In this document: one piece after another, positions 1 to 7,346 of the stretch
How positions within the stretch are numbered: the first letter of the stretch is position 1
Layout of the letters: every line of letters begins with the position of its first letter
Origin: Bdellovibrionales bacterium
GTDB lineage: Bacteria > Bdellovibrionota > Bdellovibrionia > Bdellovibrionales > UBA1609
Assembly (NCBI GenBank): GCA_050246815.1
Contig: JBFWVI010000043.1
Coordinates: 1-24,785 of the forward strand
DNA: 24,785 nucleotides
Reading direction: 5' to 3'
Made by a program: the position numbers and the translations under genes
Notes under the pieces: model-generated
What the model saw: only the letters and a program-made list of their open reading frames with translations
Told to the model about the DNA's origin: nothing
The model's database searches: none

Positions 1-2
1 TT

Positions 3-623
3 TTCACCCGCATCGGCGCCAGTGATTTTTTGAGCGAAGGACTTTCGACCTTCATGGTTGAAATGAAAGAAGCCGCCGAAATTTTAGCTCGTGCCGATCC
101 GCGTTCGCTGGTGATTTTAGACGAGATTGGTCGTGGCACCAGCACCTACGATGGTTTAAGTTTGGCCCAATCGATCCTCGAGTATCTTTTGGTTCAGCGT
201 AAACCAATGACGTTGTTCGCCACGCACTACCATGAGTTGGCCAGTCTGAGTGGTCGGTTTGCGCAAATTCACAATGCCCATATGGCCATTCATGAGAAAA
301 ACGGCGACATTCAATTTTTGCACACGCTGCGGCCGGGGCCGGCCAACAAATCATACGGCATACAGGTGGGAAGGCTGGCCGGGTTACCGGTGTCGGTAAC
401 CAAACGTGCGGCCACGTTGTTGCAGGCCCTGGAATCGGGTTTGCCGCAAGACTCGTCGCAACTGTCTTTAAGCGTGTCTTTGGCTCCTCAATCAGAAGCG
501 GTGACGACATTGGACCCCGAAACTGAAATGCTACTTGAACAGATCCGCCAAGCCTCGGTGCAAAAGATGACTCCTCTTGAGGCCCTCAACCAGATCGCGC
601 AATGGCAACGAAGTCTTTCTTAA
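3..623 (+). CDS. mutS: DNA mismatch repair protein MutS, C-terminal part (5'-truncated by the window edge)
   Basis: Frame is open from nt 3. MutS domain V motifs: FTRIGASD, STFMVEM, LVILDEIGRGTSTYDG, LFATHYHEL, SYGIQVGRLAGLP, and C-terminal MTPLEALN. Confidence 0.97.
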   Translation, partial: FTRIGASDFLSEGLSTFMVEMKEAAEILARADPRSLVILDEIGRGTSTYDGLSLAQSILEYLLVQRKPMTLFATHYHELASLSGRFAQIHNAHMAIHEKNGDIQFLHTLRPGPANKSYGIQVGRLAGLPVSVTKRAATLLQALESGLPQDSSQLSLSVSLAPQSEAVTTLDPETEMLLEQIRQASVQKMTPLEALNQIAQWQRSLS

Positions 624-2854
624 CGGCCGACGAAGAAGTCTTCGCCCTGAAGAACTTTGCCGCGCCGAACTTTTTAACCGCCACACCCACCGGTGGCTTG
701 GGCAGCGCCTGCGCCAAGTGGCTGGGCGAACGCTTGCGTGCGAAATTGGAAGAGGTTCCGGATTGGCTGAATGCAAGACCCGTGGCTTTGGGCTCATGGG
801 CGCGGGGCGAACTTTGCCCCAAATCTGATATCGATGTGATTTTTTGTGGATCTGAAGAGATCGTACAAAAAGTTGTGGGCCAAATTCAGGCGCGGGGTTT
901 GCGTTTGCGCTCGCGAGTGCCTCAAGATTTAAATGATTGGACCATTGGGGTTGAGCCCTTTGATGTCTTAGCCATCTTGCATGGCCAAACCTTTGATCCC
1001 TTGGCCGCCGCGCAGTTGCAGGTTCAACAAGATCTGATTCGAAGCCGTGGCGAAAAATTCGCCCGTTCTTTGCTAGTTGCGATAGAAAATGAAAAAGTCG
1101 CCCGCAGTTTGCGTTTTGATTCGGTGGCCAACTACCTGGAGCCCAATATCAAATATGGGCCTGGTGGTTTGCGTGATCTTGAGCAGGCGCTGAGTGTGCG
1201 CCGTTTGTTTGAAGATCGTTTCGCGATGACAGATGCGGCTGCCGATGTATTTCGCCACTATAAGTTTTTGTGGCTGGCCATACGCCAGCGCCTTCATTTG
1301 ATGGGTGGCGGCGATCTGTTGAGTGGCCCCGAGCAACCTGATTTGGCAAAGGCCTTCGGCTTCACTGAGCTTAAAGATTTCATGCGTGAATTTCAGCGTG
1401 GGATTTCAGAGGTGAACTTTTACGCCAATTGGGTGATCGCGAAGGCTCGTAAAACCAGGTGGTCAAAACCACGTCGATTGAAAACTTTCAACGATGCTTT
1501 GAAGACGCTCGAACGCGATCCCTCGGTGTTGACTCAAGCCGAGGTGCGATTCGCGTTGCCGCATTTAAAAGGCCCGGCTGATTTAGCCACAGTTTTTAAA
1601 GTGACACAAAAAGAGGCCTGGTTTGGGTCCTTGTTTGATTCGCATTTGCTAGACCACTGGCTTAAGGACATCACAAGACTACGTGGGCATGTGCAGCATG
1701 ACCACTATCATCGTTTCACCGCGGACGCTCATTTGCTTCAGGCCATCAAACAGGTGGTACGGGCTCGCCGGCGCCCAAAGTTTTTGGGGAGGCTGGCCTT
1801 TTGGGCCAAAGCATTCACCTTGCTCGATTGGCAAATACTGCTGTGGACGGCTTTATTTCATGACTTGGCCAAGGGTAAAGGCGGCGATCATTCGCAAAAA
1901 GGCCGCGAGCTGGCTGAAACCGAAATGCGTCGCTTGGACTTAAGTGAAGACCTGATTCATGAAGTGAAGTGGATGGTGCAAAACCATTTGCTTCTCTCGA
2001 CGGCGGCATTTCGCATGAATGTGCAAGAGCCCGCCACTTGGCGGCATCTCCACGGCGCTGGTGCGGTCGGTGCCCGACTTTCTAGACTGGCCGTTTTCAC
2101 CGCCCTGGATATTTGTGCGACTAACCCCGAAGCCTGGAATGATTGGAAGGAGCGCTTGCTGGCCGACCTTTTGACCGCTATGCAGTCAGCTGAGGCGGCG
2201 GGATTTATGAATCTTTTGGCCAAAGCCACAAGTGCCTCGGCCAAAGAAGTGGCGGCGCAAATTGATCCGGCCGTGGCTCAAGCGGTACCGACCAAAAAGT
2301 TGTTGGCCGACCTGGCGCGCGCGGGTAAGTCCAAAAAAGATCTTTCGCCTTTGGCCTTGCGCAATCGGCGCGGCGAAATGTGGGTTCGCTTCCACTCTTC
2401 ACAGGATCGACCGGGTTTGTTTTTGCAGTATGTGGCTAAGTTGTTTGCTCTAGGATGTTCCATTCAGCAGTCGTCCGTGCGCACTTTGCCCAAGGTCGGT
2501 GTTTACGATTGGTTTCAGGTGCGTACGACCAAACGTCCGGCACAGATTCTGAAACAACTCGATTTGATCAAGGATTGGACCGAAGTTGAGCCGCCGCAAG
2601 TGCGTCTCAACCAGATCGAAGTGATTTCAGAAGGCGATGGCGAAATAATTTTAAGCTTTCGGGGTAAAGATCAAAAAGGTGTCTTATTGGCGACAGCCAA
2701 AGCGCTTTTTGAATTGGGGTTCACGGTACGCTGGGCGAAGGTGATTACCTGGGGTTCGCAAATCGATGATATTTTCTGTGTGCAGAGAGAGGGTGGTGAT
2801 TTGTCCGCTGCACTTGAAAGTATGCGCACAAGCTTCAACGTCAAAAAAGACTAG
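602..2854 (+). CDS. glnD: Bifunctional PII uridylyltransferase/uridylyl-removing enzyme (GlnD-like), compact 750 aa form
   Basis: Nucleotidyltransferase motif ALGSWARGELCPKSDIDV, then EPNIKYGPGGLRDL. HD domain QHDHYHRFTADAH...LFHDLAKGKGGDHS. Two C-terminal ACT-like motifs (DRPGLF, DQKGVL). Overlaps the end of mutS by 22 nt. Confidence 0.88.
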   Translation: MATKSFLTADEEVFALKNFAAPNFLTATPTGGLGSACAKWLGERLRAKLEEVPDWLNARPVALGSWARGELCPKSDIDVIFCGSEEIVQKVVGQIQARGLRLRSRVPQDLNDWTIGVEPFDVLAILHGQTFDPLAAAQLQVQQDLIRSRGEKFARSLLVAIENEKVARSLRFDSVANYLEPNIKYGPGGLRDLEQALSVRRLFEDRFAMTDAAADVFRHYKFLWLAIRQRLHLMGGGDLLSGPEQPDLAKAFGFTELKDFMREFQRGISEVNFYANWVIAKARKTRWSKPRRLKTFNDALKTLERDPSVLTQAEVRFALPHLKGPADLATVFKVTQKEAWFGSLFDSHLLDHWLKDITRLRGHVQHDHYHRFTADAHLLQAIKQVVRARRRPKFLGRLAFWAKAFTLLDWQILLWTALFHDLAKGKGGDHSQKGRELAETEMRRLDLSEDLIHEVKWMVQNHLLLSTAAFRMNVQEPATWRHLHGAGAVGARLSRLAVFTALDICATNPEAWNDWKERLLADLLTAMQSAEAAGFMNLLAKATSASAKEVAAQIDPAVAQAVPTKKLLADLARAGKSKKDLSPLALRNRRGEMWVRFHSSQDRPGLFLQYVAKLFALGCSIQQSSVRTLPKVGVYDWFQVRTTKRPAQILKQLDLIKDWTEVEPPQVRLNQIEVISEGDGEIILSFRGKDQKGVLLATAKALFELGFTVRWAKVITWGSQIDDIFCVQREGGDLSAALESMRTSFNVKKD

Positions 2855-3069
2855 AGGCGGCTATTTATTTTTGAGATGGACTGTAAAGATGCTTTCGCTT
2901 TCATACCAGTTGATCACGACTGTGGTCGAGGCCGGTTAATTTTTGGTCTGAGAACAGCAGGTTGTTTGCGTAACATAAGTTTTGCAAGAGTTCCGTAGCC
3001 TTATCTAGAACGGCAAACCGGTTAGTAATGCAGCAAAATTATTGTCGAGTCGAGGCCCAACATTTTGTG

Positions 3070-3097
3070 TTGCGGTTGGATAAAAGTTCTGTAGACT
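3070..3097 (+). promoter_or_regulatory. Putative sigma70-type promoter for the LuxR-family gene
   Basis: TTGCGG-N16-TAGACT, about 75 nt upstream of ATG 3172. Confidence 0.35.
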
Positions 3098-3171
3098 TTA
3101 ATACAGGTGGTCGAGCCGACCAATGATCTAGATGGAATGGATCAAATAACCAAATGGGGGAGGGAGCAAGG

Positions 3172-3552
3172 ATGCTCAGAGATGTACTAATTCAAAAAGG
3201 TTTGTCCAGTCGTGAGGCGGAAGTCGCTGAACTGGTGACCAAAGGCCTGTCCAACAAGGAAGTTGCCAACCAGTTGTTCGTGACTGAAAAAACAGTCAAA
3301 TTTCACCTGACCAACATCTATAAAAAGATGAACGTCAAGTCGCGCGCTCAGCTGATCGTGTGGTGCTTACCTCACCTCGGTTTTGTGGAAAAAGAAGAGC
3401 GTCAACAAAACCAAGAGACCATTATCGCCGGAGCCGCCGCAAGCGCTCAGACGATTCCTGTTGGCAACGCCAACAACATGGCTCAAGGCATCGCTATTCC
3501 CGGCCTGAATCGCGGTCAAGGTAACGGCGGTAACGACATCGGCACTTTCTAG
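3172..3552 (+). CDS. Stand-alone LuxR/GerE-family HTH transcriptional regulator with a low-complexity C-terminal tail
   Basis: LSSREAEVAELVTKGLSNKEVANQLFVTEKTVKFHLTNIYKKMNVKSRAQL is a classic LuxR HTH, with no receiver domain. ATG 3172 follows a GGAGGGAG RBS, so it is preferred over 3154. Confidence 0.92.
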   Translation: MLRDVLIQKGLSSREAEVAELVTKGLSNKEVANQLFVTEKTVKFHLTNIYKKMNVKSRAQLIVWCLPHLGFVEKEERQQNQETIIAGAAASAQTIPVGNANNMAQGIAIPGLNRGQGNGGNDIGTF

Positions 3553-3634
3553 TCTGTTGAAGAAAAAGTCAGTTGCGGCTCTCTTATGCTGCGAACCAAG
3601 ACTTTTAAGCCCATTCGTGAAGTGAGCATAATAG

Positions 3635-3670
3635 AAGCTCACTTGCAACACGAGTGGGTTTTGTTTTTTT
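3635..3670 (+). terminator. Intrinsic terminator-like hairpin, part of a possible attenuator
   Basis: AAGCTCACTTG-CAACA-CGAGTGGGTTT stem (3 G:U pairs) followed by TGTTTTTTT. Confidence 0.65.
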
Positions 3671-3683
3671 AAGGGGTTATAAA

Positions 3684-4163
3684 ATGAAGCCAATACCAGT
3701 CAAAGATTCGATTACCACCATGACCGAACTGGTTTTGCCTCAGCACACCAACGCGCTCGGCACTGTGTTTGGGGGCGTGATCATGTCTTGGATCGACATT
3801 TGCGCGGCTATTGCAGGATCACGTCATACCTCAAGACAAGTGGTGACCGCCAGTATTGATGCCCTGAACTTCGTGGCGCCGGTGTACAAAGGATGGATCG
3901 TGAGCCTACATGCGGCTGTCAACTATGTTGGACGAACATCGATGGAGATTGGGGTGCGAGTCGACGCCGAAACTCCGATTGAGCGCAAAAAGGTTCATAC
4001 CGCCTCGGCCTATCTGACTTTTGTGGCGTTGGATCAGCATGGAAGGCCGATTGAAATACCACCCGTGTTACCTGAAACGCCTGAACAAAAACGACGCTAT
4101 GAAGCGGCCCAGCTGCGCCGCACCGCACGGTTGGAAATGATCAATAAACTGGGCAAAGGTTAA
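3684..4163 (+). CDS. Acyl-CoA thioesterase (HotDog fold, YciA-like)
   Basis: VLPQHTNALGTVFGGVIMSWIDICAAIA, VVTASID, VNYVGRTSMEIGVRV, AYLTFVALD. ATG 3684 follows an AAGGGG RBS. Confidence 0.93.
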   Translation: MKPIPVKDSITTMTELVLPQHTNALGTVFGGVIMSWIDICAAIAGSRHTSRQVVTASIDALNFVAPVYKGWIVSLHAAVNYVGRTSMEIGVRVDAETPIERKKVHTASAYLTFVALDQHGRPIEIPPVLPETPEQKRRYEAAQLRRTARLEMINKLGKG

Positions 4164-4172
4164 GGAGTCACC

Positions 4173-4826
4173 ATGAAGAAGATCGTTTACATTTTGTGTC
4201 TGATTTTTATCAACGCCGCCGATGCCGTTAATCTGCTTGAAGGTGAGCACGAGTTTAGTTCCAACTGCAAAGTTCAGGTGACCAAACACGACGGGTGGTT
4301 CTATCTGCGCTTCGATCAATCACCATCCTTTAGCTCAGTGAAAATGTCGTTGTCGGGCGAAGAATTGGTCGGAGGGCTTGGGATTTGCAACGATGAACAA
4401 AAAGAGTACCCCGCTCGGTATCATAAAAAAACCGTGGGCAAGTACCTGGTGTACAGCGCTCGCTGCGGCGGAAAGAATGATCGACTGGATTATGTTTTGA
4501 ATTTCGTGATTGATAAAGAGCGAGCCAAAGTCGTCCATGCTTTTGCTGAAAATAAAGTGGCTCGTTATTCGCTGGGCTCTAAACATTCGGGCCGTTGGTC
4601 GAAGGTCAAACAAGATGGTGAATTGGTCTGTCCGAATGACAAGGAGCTCAGCGGTGTTGAAGCCTTCCGTTCTCGTAAAGCGATCGAGAACAAGCTCGAC
4701 ACCGAGGCTAACGAGGTCAAAGATTTTTTGACTTTGGAAGAGGCCTTGAAGCAAAGCCAACAGAACCAGAAACCCACGCTAGAGAAGAAGCCTGCGGCCA
4801 AAAAGCAGAGGGGTACGGCAAGCTAG
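4173..4826 (+). CDS. Hypothetical secreted protein
   Basis: AAGGAG RBS. Sec-like signal MKKIVYILCLIFINAADA. Four Cys in the predicted mature part and a Lys/Ala/Pro-rich C-terminus. No family recognised. Confidence 0.75.
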   Translation: MKKIVYILCLIFINAADAVNLLEGEHEFSSNCKVQVTKHDGWFYLRFDQSPSFSSVKMSLSGEELVGGLGICNDEQKEYPARYHKKTVGKYLVYSARCGGKNDRLDYVLNFVIDKERAKVVHAFAENKVARYSLGSKHSGRWSKVKQDGELVCPNDKELSGVEAFRSRKAIENKLDTEANEVKDFLTLEEALKQSQQNQKPTLEKKPAAKKQRGTAS

Positions 4827-4838
4827 ATGGGCTCAAGA

Positions 4839-5879
4839 TTATTGGAACTGAATCGCCCACCACTGTTGAATGGCCGCGCACAGCCCTGAGTTGATGCCGC
4901 CGTTGCACCCATTGAAGGGATGTTCGCTGCCGCGGGCGTTGGTGATCAGATTGTTGGTGCTTGCAGTACCGTTGTTGGCGGGGGTCGGGATGATCAAGTT
5001 GGTGAAGGCCAAGTCGATATTCATGGTGTGGCAGTTGTTGCACTGAGAATTGATCGTCGGTAAAATATTGGTGTTGAAATAGTTATTGCCCGCAACGGTC
5101 CTAACGTAGGCACCGTAATTTAAAGGTGTTTCGGGGCTTAAATTGCTGGCCACCGCATCACCTAAATACATATAAAGCTGGTGCGTGCGATTGTCGATGT
5201 ACTGCGAAGGAATTTGGAACGAATAGTAATTGCCGCTGTAGGCGCCAACATCCACGATATTGGCCAAGACGTTGCCTAGCGCCACTCCAGATCCCACCGG
5301 GCCATCCATATAAAAATACACTCGCACCTTGGCCGCCGGGTTGGTCGGGTTTAAAGCCCAGCCGGTGATGCGGCCCGAAGGGGCGACTTGGTTCAGCTGA
5401 CCAGTCAGTCCTGCCACCATCGAGGGGTATTCCTTTTGGTGCCATTGAATCAAAAGACCACAAACTGGGTCGTTCAGGCTTAAGCCAAACGAGCAAAAGT
5501 TACCCCCGGTGTGGGGAATCATATCACTGACTTTGCGGATTAAATTGTTGTTGGTGATACTTGTTCCGCCTGCGGCAAGAAGAAGCTTTACCTGTGAGTA
5601 ATTGTAAATCGCCAGCGTTGCGGGTGTGCCTGTGACAAAGCGAGGTTCAGCATGGCAGGCGTTGCATCGGGCTTGAAAGGCGACACGCACGTTTTCAACG
5701 AAAAATTTTTCAGCTAAGGGCAAGCTGTTAGAGCCATCCGGGTCGTTGCCTGGGTCGCCCCCACTTGAGCTTGCGTTTGTCGCGCTTTCAACTTCGTAAG
5801 GCTGACAGTTTTGAAAGACCAACGCCACCATCATGATTGACGCCAGCAGAGCGAAAAACTTCATATTTCGTTTAGTCAT
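4839..5879 (-). CDS. Diheme c-type cytochrome lipoprotein
   Basis: Signal peptide ending VFQNC (Cys25). Two CxxCH motifs: CNACH (5666-5652) and CNNCH (5042-5028). Central beta-rich segment (GRITGWALNP...VRVYFYMDGP). Confidence 0.82.
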   Translation of the reverse strand: MTKRNMKFFALLASIMMVALVFQNCQPYEVESATNASSSGGDPGNDPDGSNSLPLAEKFFVENVRVAFQARCNACHAEPRFVTGTPATLAIYNYSQVKLLLAAGGTSITNNNLIRKVSDMIPHTGGNFCSFGLSLNDPVCGLLIQWHQKEYPSMVAGLTGQLNQVAPSGRITGWALNPTNPAAKVRVYFYMDGPVGSGVALGNVLANIVDVGAYSGNYYSFQIPSQYIDNRTHQLYMYLGDAVASNLSPETPLNYGAYVRTVAGNNYFNTNILPTINSQCNNCHTMNIDLAFTNLIIPTPANNGTASTNNLITNARGSEHPFNGCNGGINSGLCAAIQQWWAIQFQ

Positions 5880-5900
5880 ATAAACCCCAACCCAACCCTC

Positions 5901-5909
5901 ATTTTATCA
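5901..5909 (-). promoter_or_regulatory. Possible internal extended -10 promoter for the last operon gene
   Basis: Minus strand reads TGaTAAAAT about 21 nt upstream of ATG 5879. The -35 region is weak. Confidence 0.3.
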
Positions 5910-5944
5910 TTGGCCAACGGGGAACGCATGGAAAGGCTTGGGGA

Positions 5945-5959
5945 TTCTCAAATTGAGAC
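5945..5959. promoter_or_regulatory. Palindromic putative operator/UAS (TTCTCA-AAT-TGAGAC)
   Basis: Imperfect inverted repeat. Similar sites occur at 12478-12492 and 15398-15412. Confidence 0.45.
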
Positions 5960-5972
5960 ATTAAGACGGGGG

Positions 5973-7319
5973 CTAGAATTCGCGGTAAATTTGGCTCTCG
6001 AAAAAATTTGCAAAAAAGTTGAACACCGAGCTGATGGCTTCTTGTTCGGGAATGCCAAATTCGTCGGTGAGTACTTTCGCAATGGTGCGGATGCTCTTAT
6101 GCCCGTCCACCTGGCTGATCACCAAATTATAGATTTCAGAGCGAGTGCGAAAGGCCAGTGTCTCGTTGCTGACCGGCACAGGTGTGTCCATGTTTTGCAG
6201 CCAGTTGGGCATGTACTCAAAATGGGCCGGGCGTTTGCTTTGAGATTTTTTTTGGGCGGAAAAGGTCCAAACCATGTCCATACGGCCGACGGCATCATGG
6301 GGCGAGATCAGATAGGGGATGTCGGCGGTCTTCCAATGTGTGATTTCAAAACCCGCCTCCTTCAAGATTTCTTGCACTTCGTCGGGTCGATACACCTGGG
6401 CCAGGTTCAATTTATCAAAACCTAACTGGCCAATGTTGACCCACACCCCATCCATAGGCAAAAGACTGTTGATGAGTTTGGCGGTCTCGCGAAAATCGCG
6501 AGGAATAATATCGATAAACCAGCTGGTGACAACCGTGTCCAGCTGTCCTTGGCGCAAATTCAAATTTTGCGCATCACAAAAGGCCATCTCAAAACCCGGT
6601 GCGGTTTTGCCCTTTAACTGCAGCTGATGTTCGACGTAAACGTCCTTGGAAGTTTTAGGAACCTGTGGAAACTCCACCATGGCAAAGGACTCGCCGTCCA
6701 AAAGCCGCTTGGCGGGGATCAGCAAAAAGGGATTGATGTCCACGGCCAATGAAAGTTCGGGTTTTAATTGGTTGTGAATCATCAGGGGCAGGCCACAGGC
6801 TCCAGCCCCCAAGAAGGCAATACGTTTTTGCTTTGTCAGATGGGGCAAAAGCAAATCTGCATAATTTTTGATCTGCTCTTGTCCCCAAACCCAATCACGA
6901 AAGAGCGTGGATTGATAGGCCAATGCAGCCTGCTGGCGCGGCACGCGCTCAAGGCTCAAATCTTCTTGGGTGGTATTGGGTTCGGCGATAAGCCCGAGAA
7001 TCTTTTTAGTGCGCTGCAGAAATTTTGCGTACCCTTCGCTCAAACGCTTCAAGCGCGAAATCGTGGACGGAAGCAAAGCCGGTTGCCGCAAGGCTTGCTG
7101 ACACTGATCTTGTTTTTGTAGCGAAAAATCAAAAACGTCTTGAATCTTTTTTTGCCAATGAGCCAACGCGCTTCCGGGATGACGGTAGAGCCAGACAATA
7201 CCATTGAAACTTGGGTATTCACTTTGAGAAGAGCGGTAAATGCCGTCCTCAACCGTTAAGGGCTCGCCCGATTTTGGACAGAGCAAAATAGGATGGGTCT
7301 TTTTGGTGTCGGCAGCCAG
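5973..7319 (-). CDS. Class I SAM-dependent methyltransferase, carnosine N-methyltransferase (N2227)-like, with Trm112-like N-terminus and PqqD-like C-terminus
   Basis: SAM motif IAFLGAGACGL and LAVDINP. N2227-like motifs LFRDW and DTVVTSWFIDI...GVWVNIGQL. N-terminus ILLCPKSGEPL...YPSFNGIVWL. C-terminus SQVDGHKSIRTIAKVLTDEFGIPEQEAISSVFNFF. Start is either TTG 7286 or CTG 7319 (GAGGT RBS 5 nt upstream). Confidence 0.8.
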   Translation of the reverse strand: MAADTKKTHPILLCPKSGEPLTVEDGIYRSSQSEYPSFNGIVWLYRHPGSALAHWQKKIQDVFDFSLQKQDQCQQALRQPALLPSTISRLKRLSEGYAKFLQRTKKILGLIAEPNTTQEDLSLERVPRQQAALAYQSTLFRDWVWGQEQIKNYADLLLPHLTKQKRIAFLGAGACGLPLMIHNQLKPELSLAVDINPFLLIPAKRLLDGESFAMVEFPQVPKTSKDVYVEHQLQLKGKTAPGFEMAFCDAQNLNLRQGQLDTVVTSWFIDIIPRDFRETAKLINSLLPMDGVWVNIGQLGFDKLNLAQVYRPDEVQEILKEAGFEITHWKTADIPYLISPHDAVGRMDMVWTFSAQKKSQSKRPAHFEYMPNWLQNMDTPVPVSNETLAFRTRSEIYNLVISQVDGHKSIRTIAKVLTDEFGIPEQEAISSVFNFFANFFESQIYREF

Positions 7320-7346
7320 TTGAGACCTCGTCGTTGCAAAAGCCTT

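Noticed and set aside
3009..3050. GGCAAAC...GTAA...GCAAAA resembling a c-di-GMP-I (GEMM) riboswitch upstream of luxR
   Set aside because: The stem around the GNRA loop pairs for only about 2 bp, and the GACGC and P3 elements are missing. An Infernal search would be needed to revive it.
3092..3122. GCCGACCA as a possible sigma28 (FliA) -10 element; similar GCCGA words occur before pilA
   Set aside because: There is no TAAA-type -35 at the required spacing.
5910..6425. 171 aa plus-strand ORF and other antisense ORFs over the cytochrome operon
   Set aside because: They are shadows of well-supported minus-strand genes, with no RBS or recognisable motifs.
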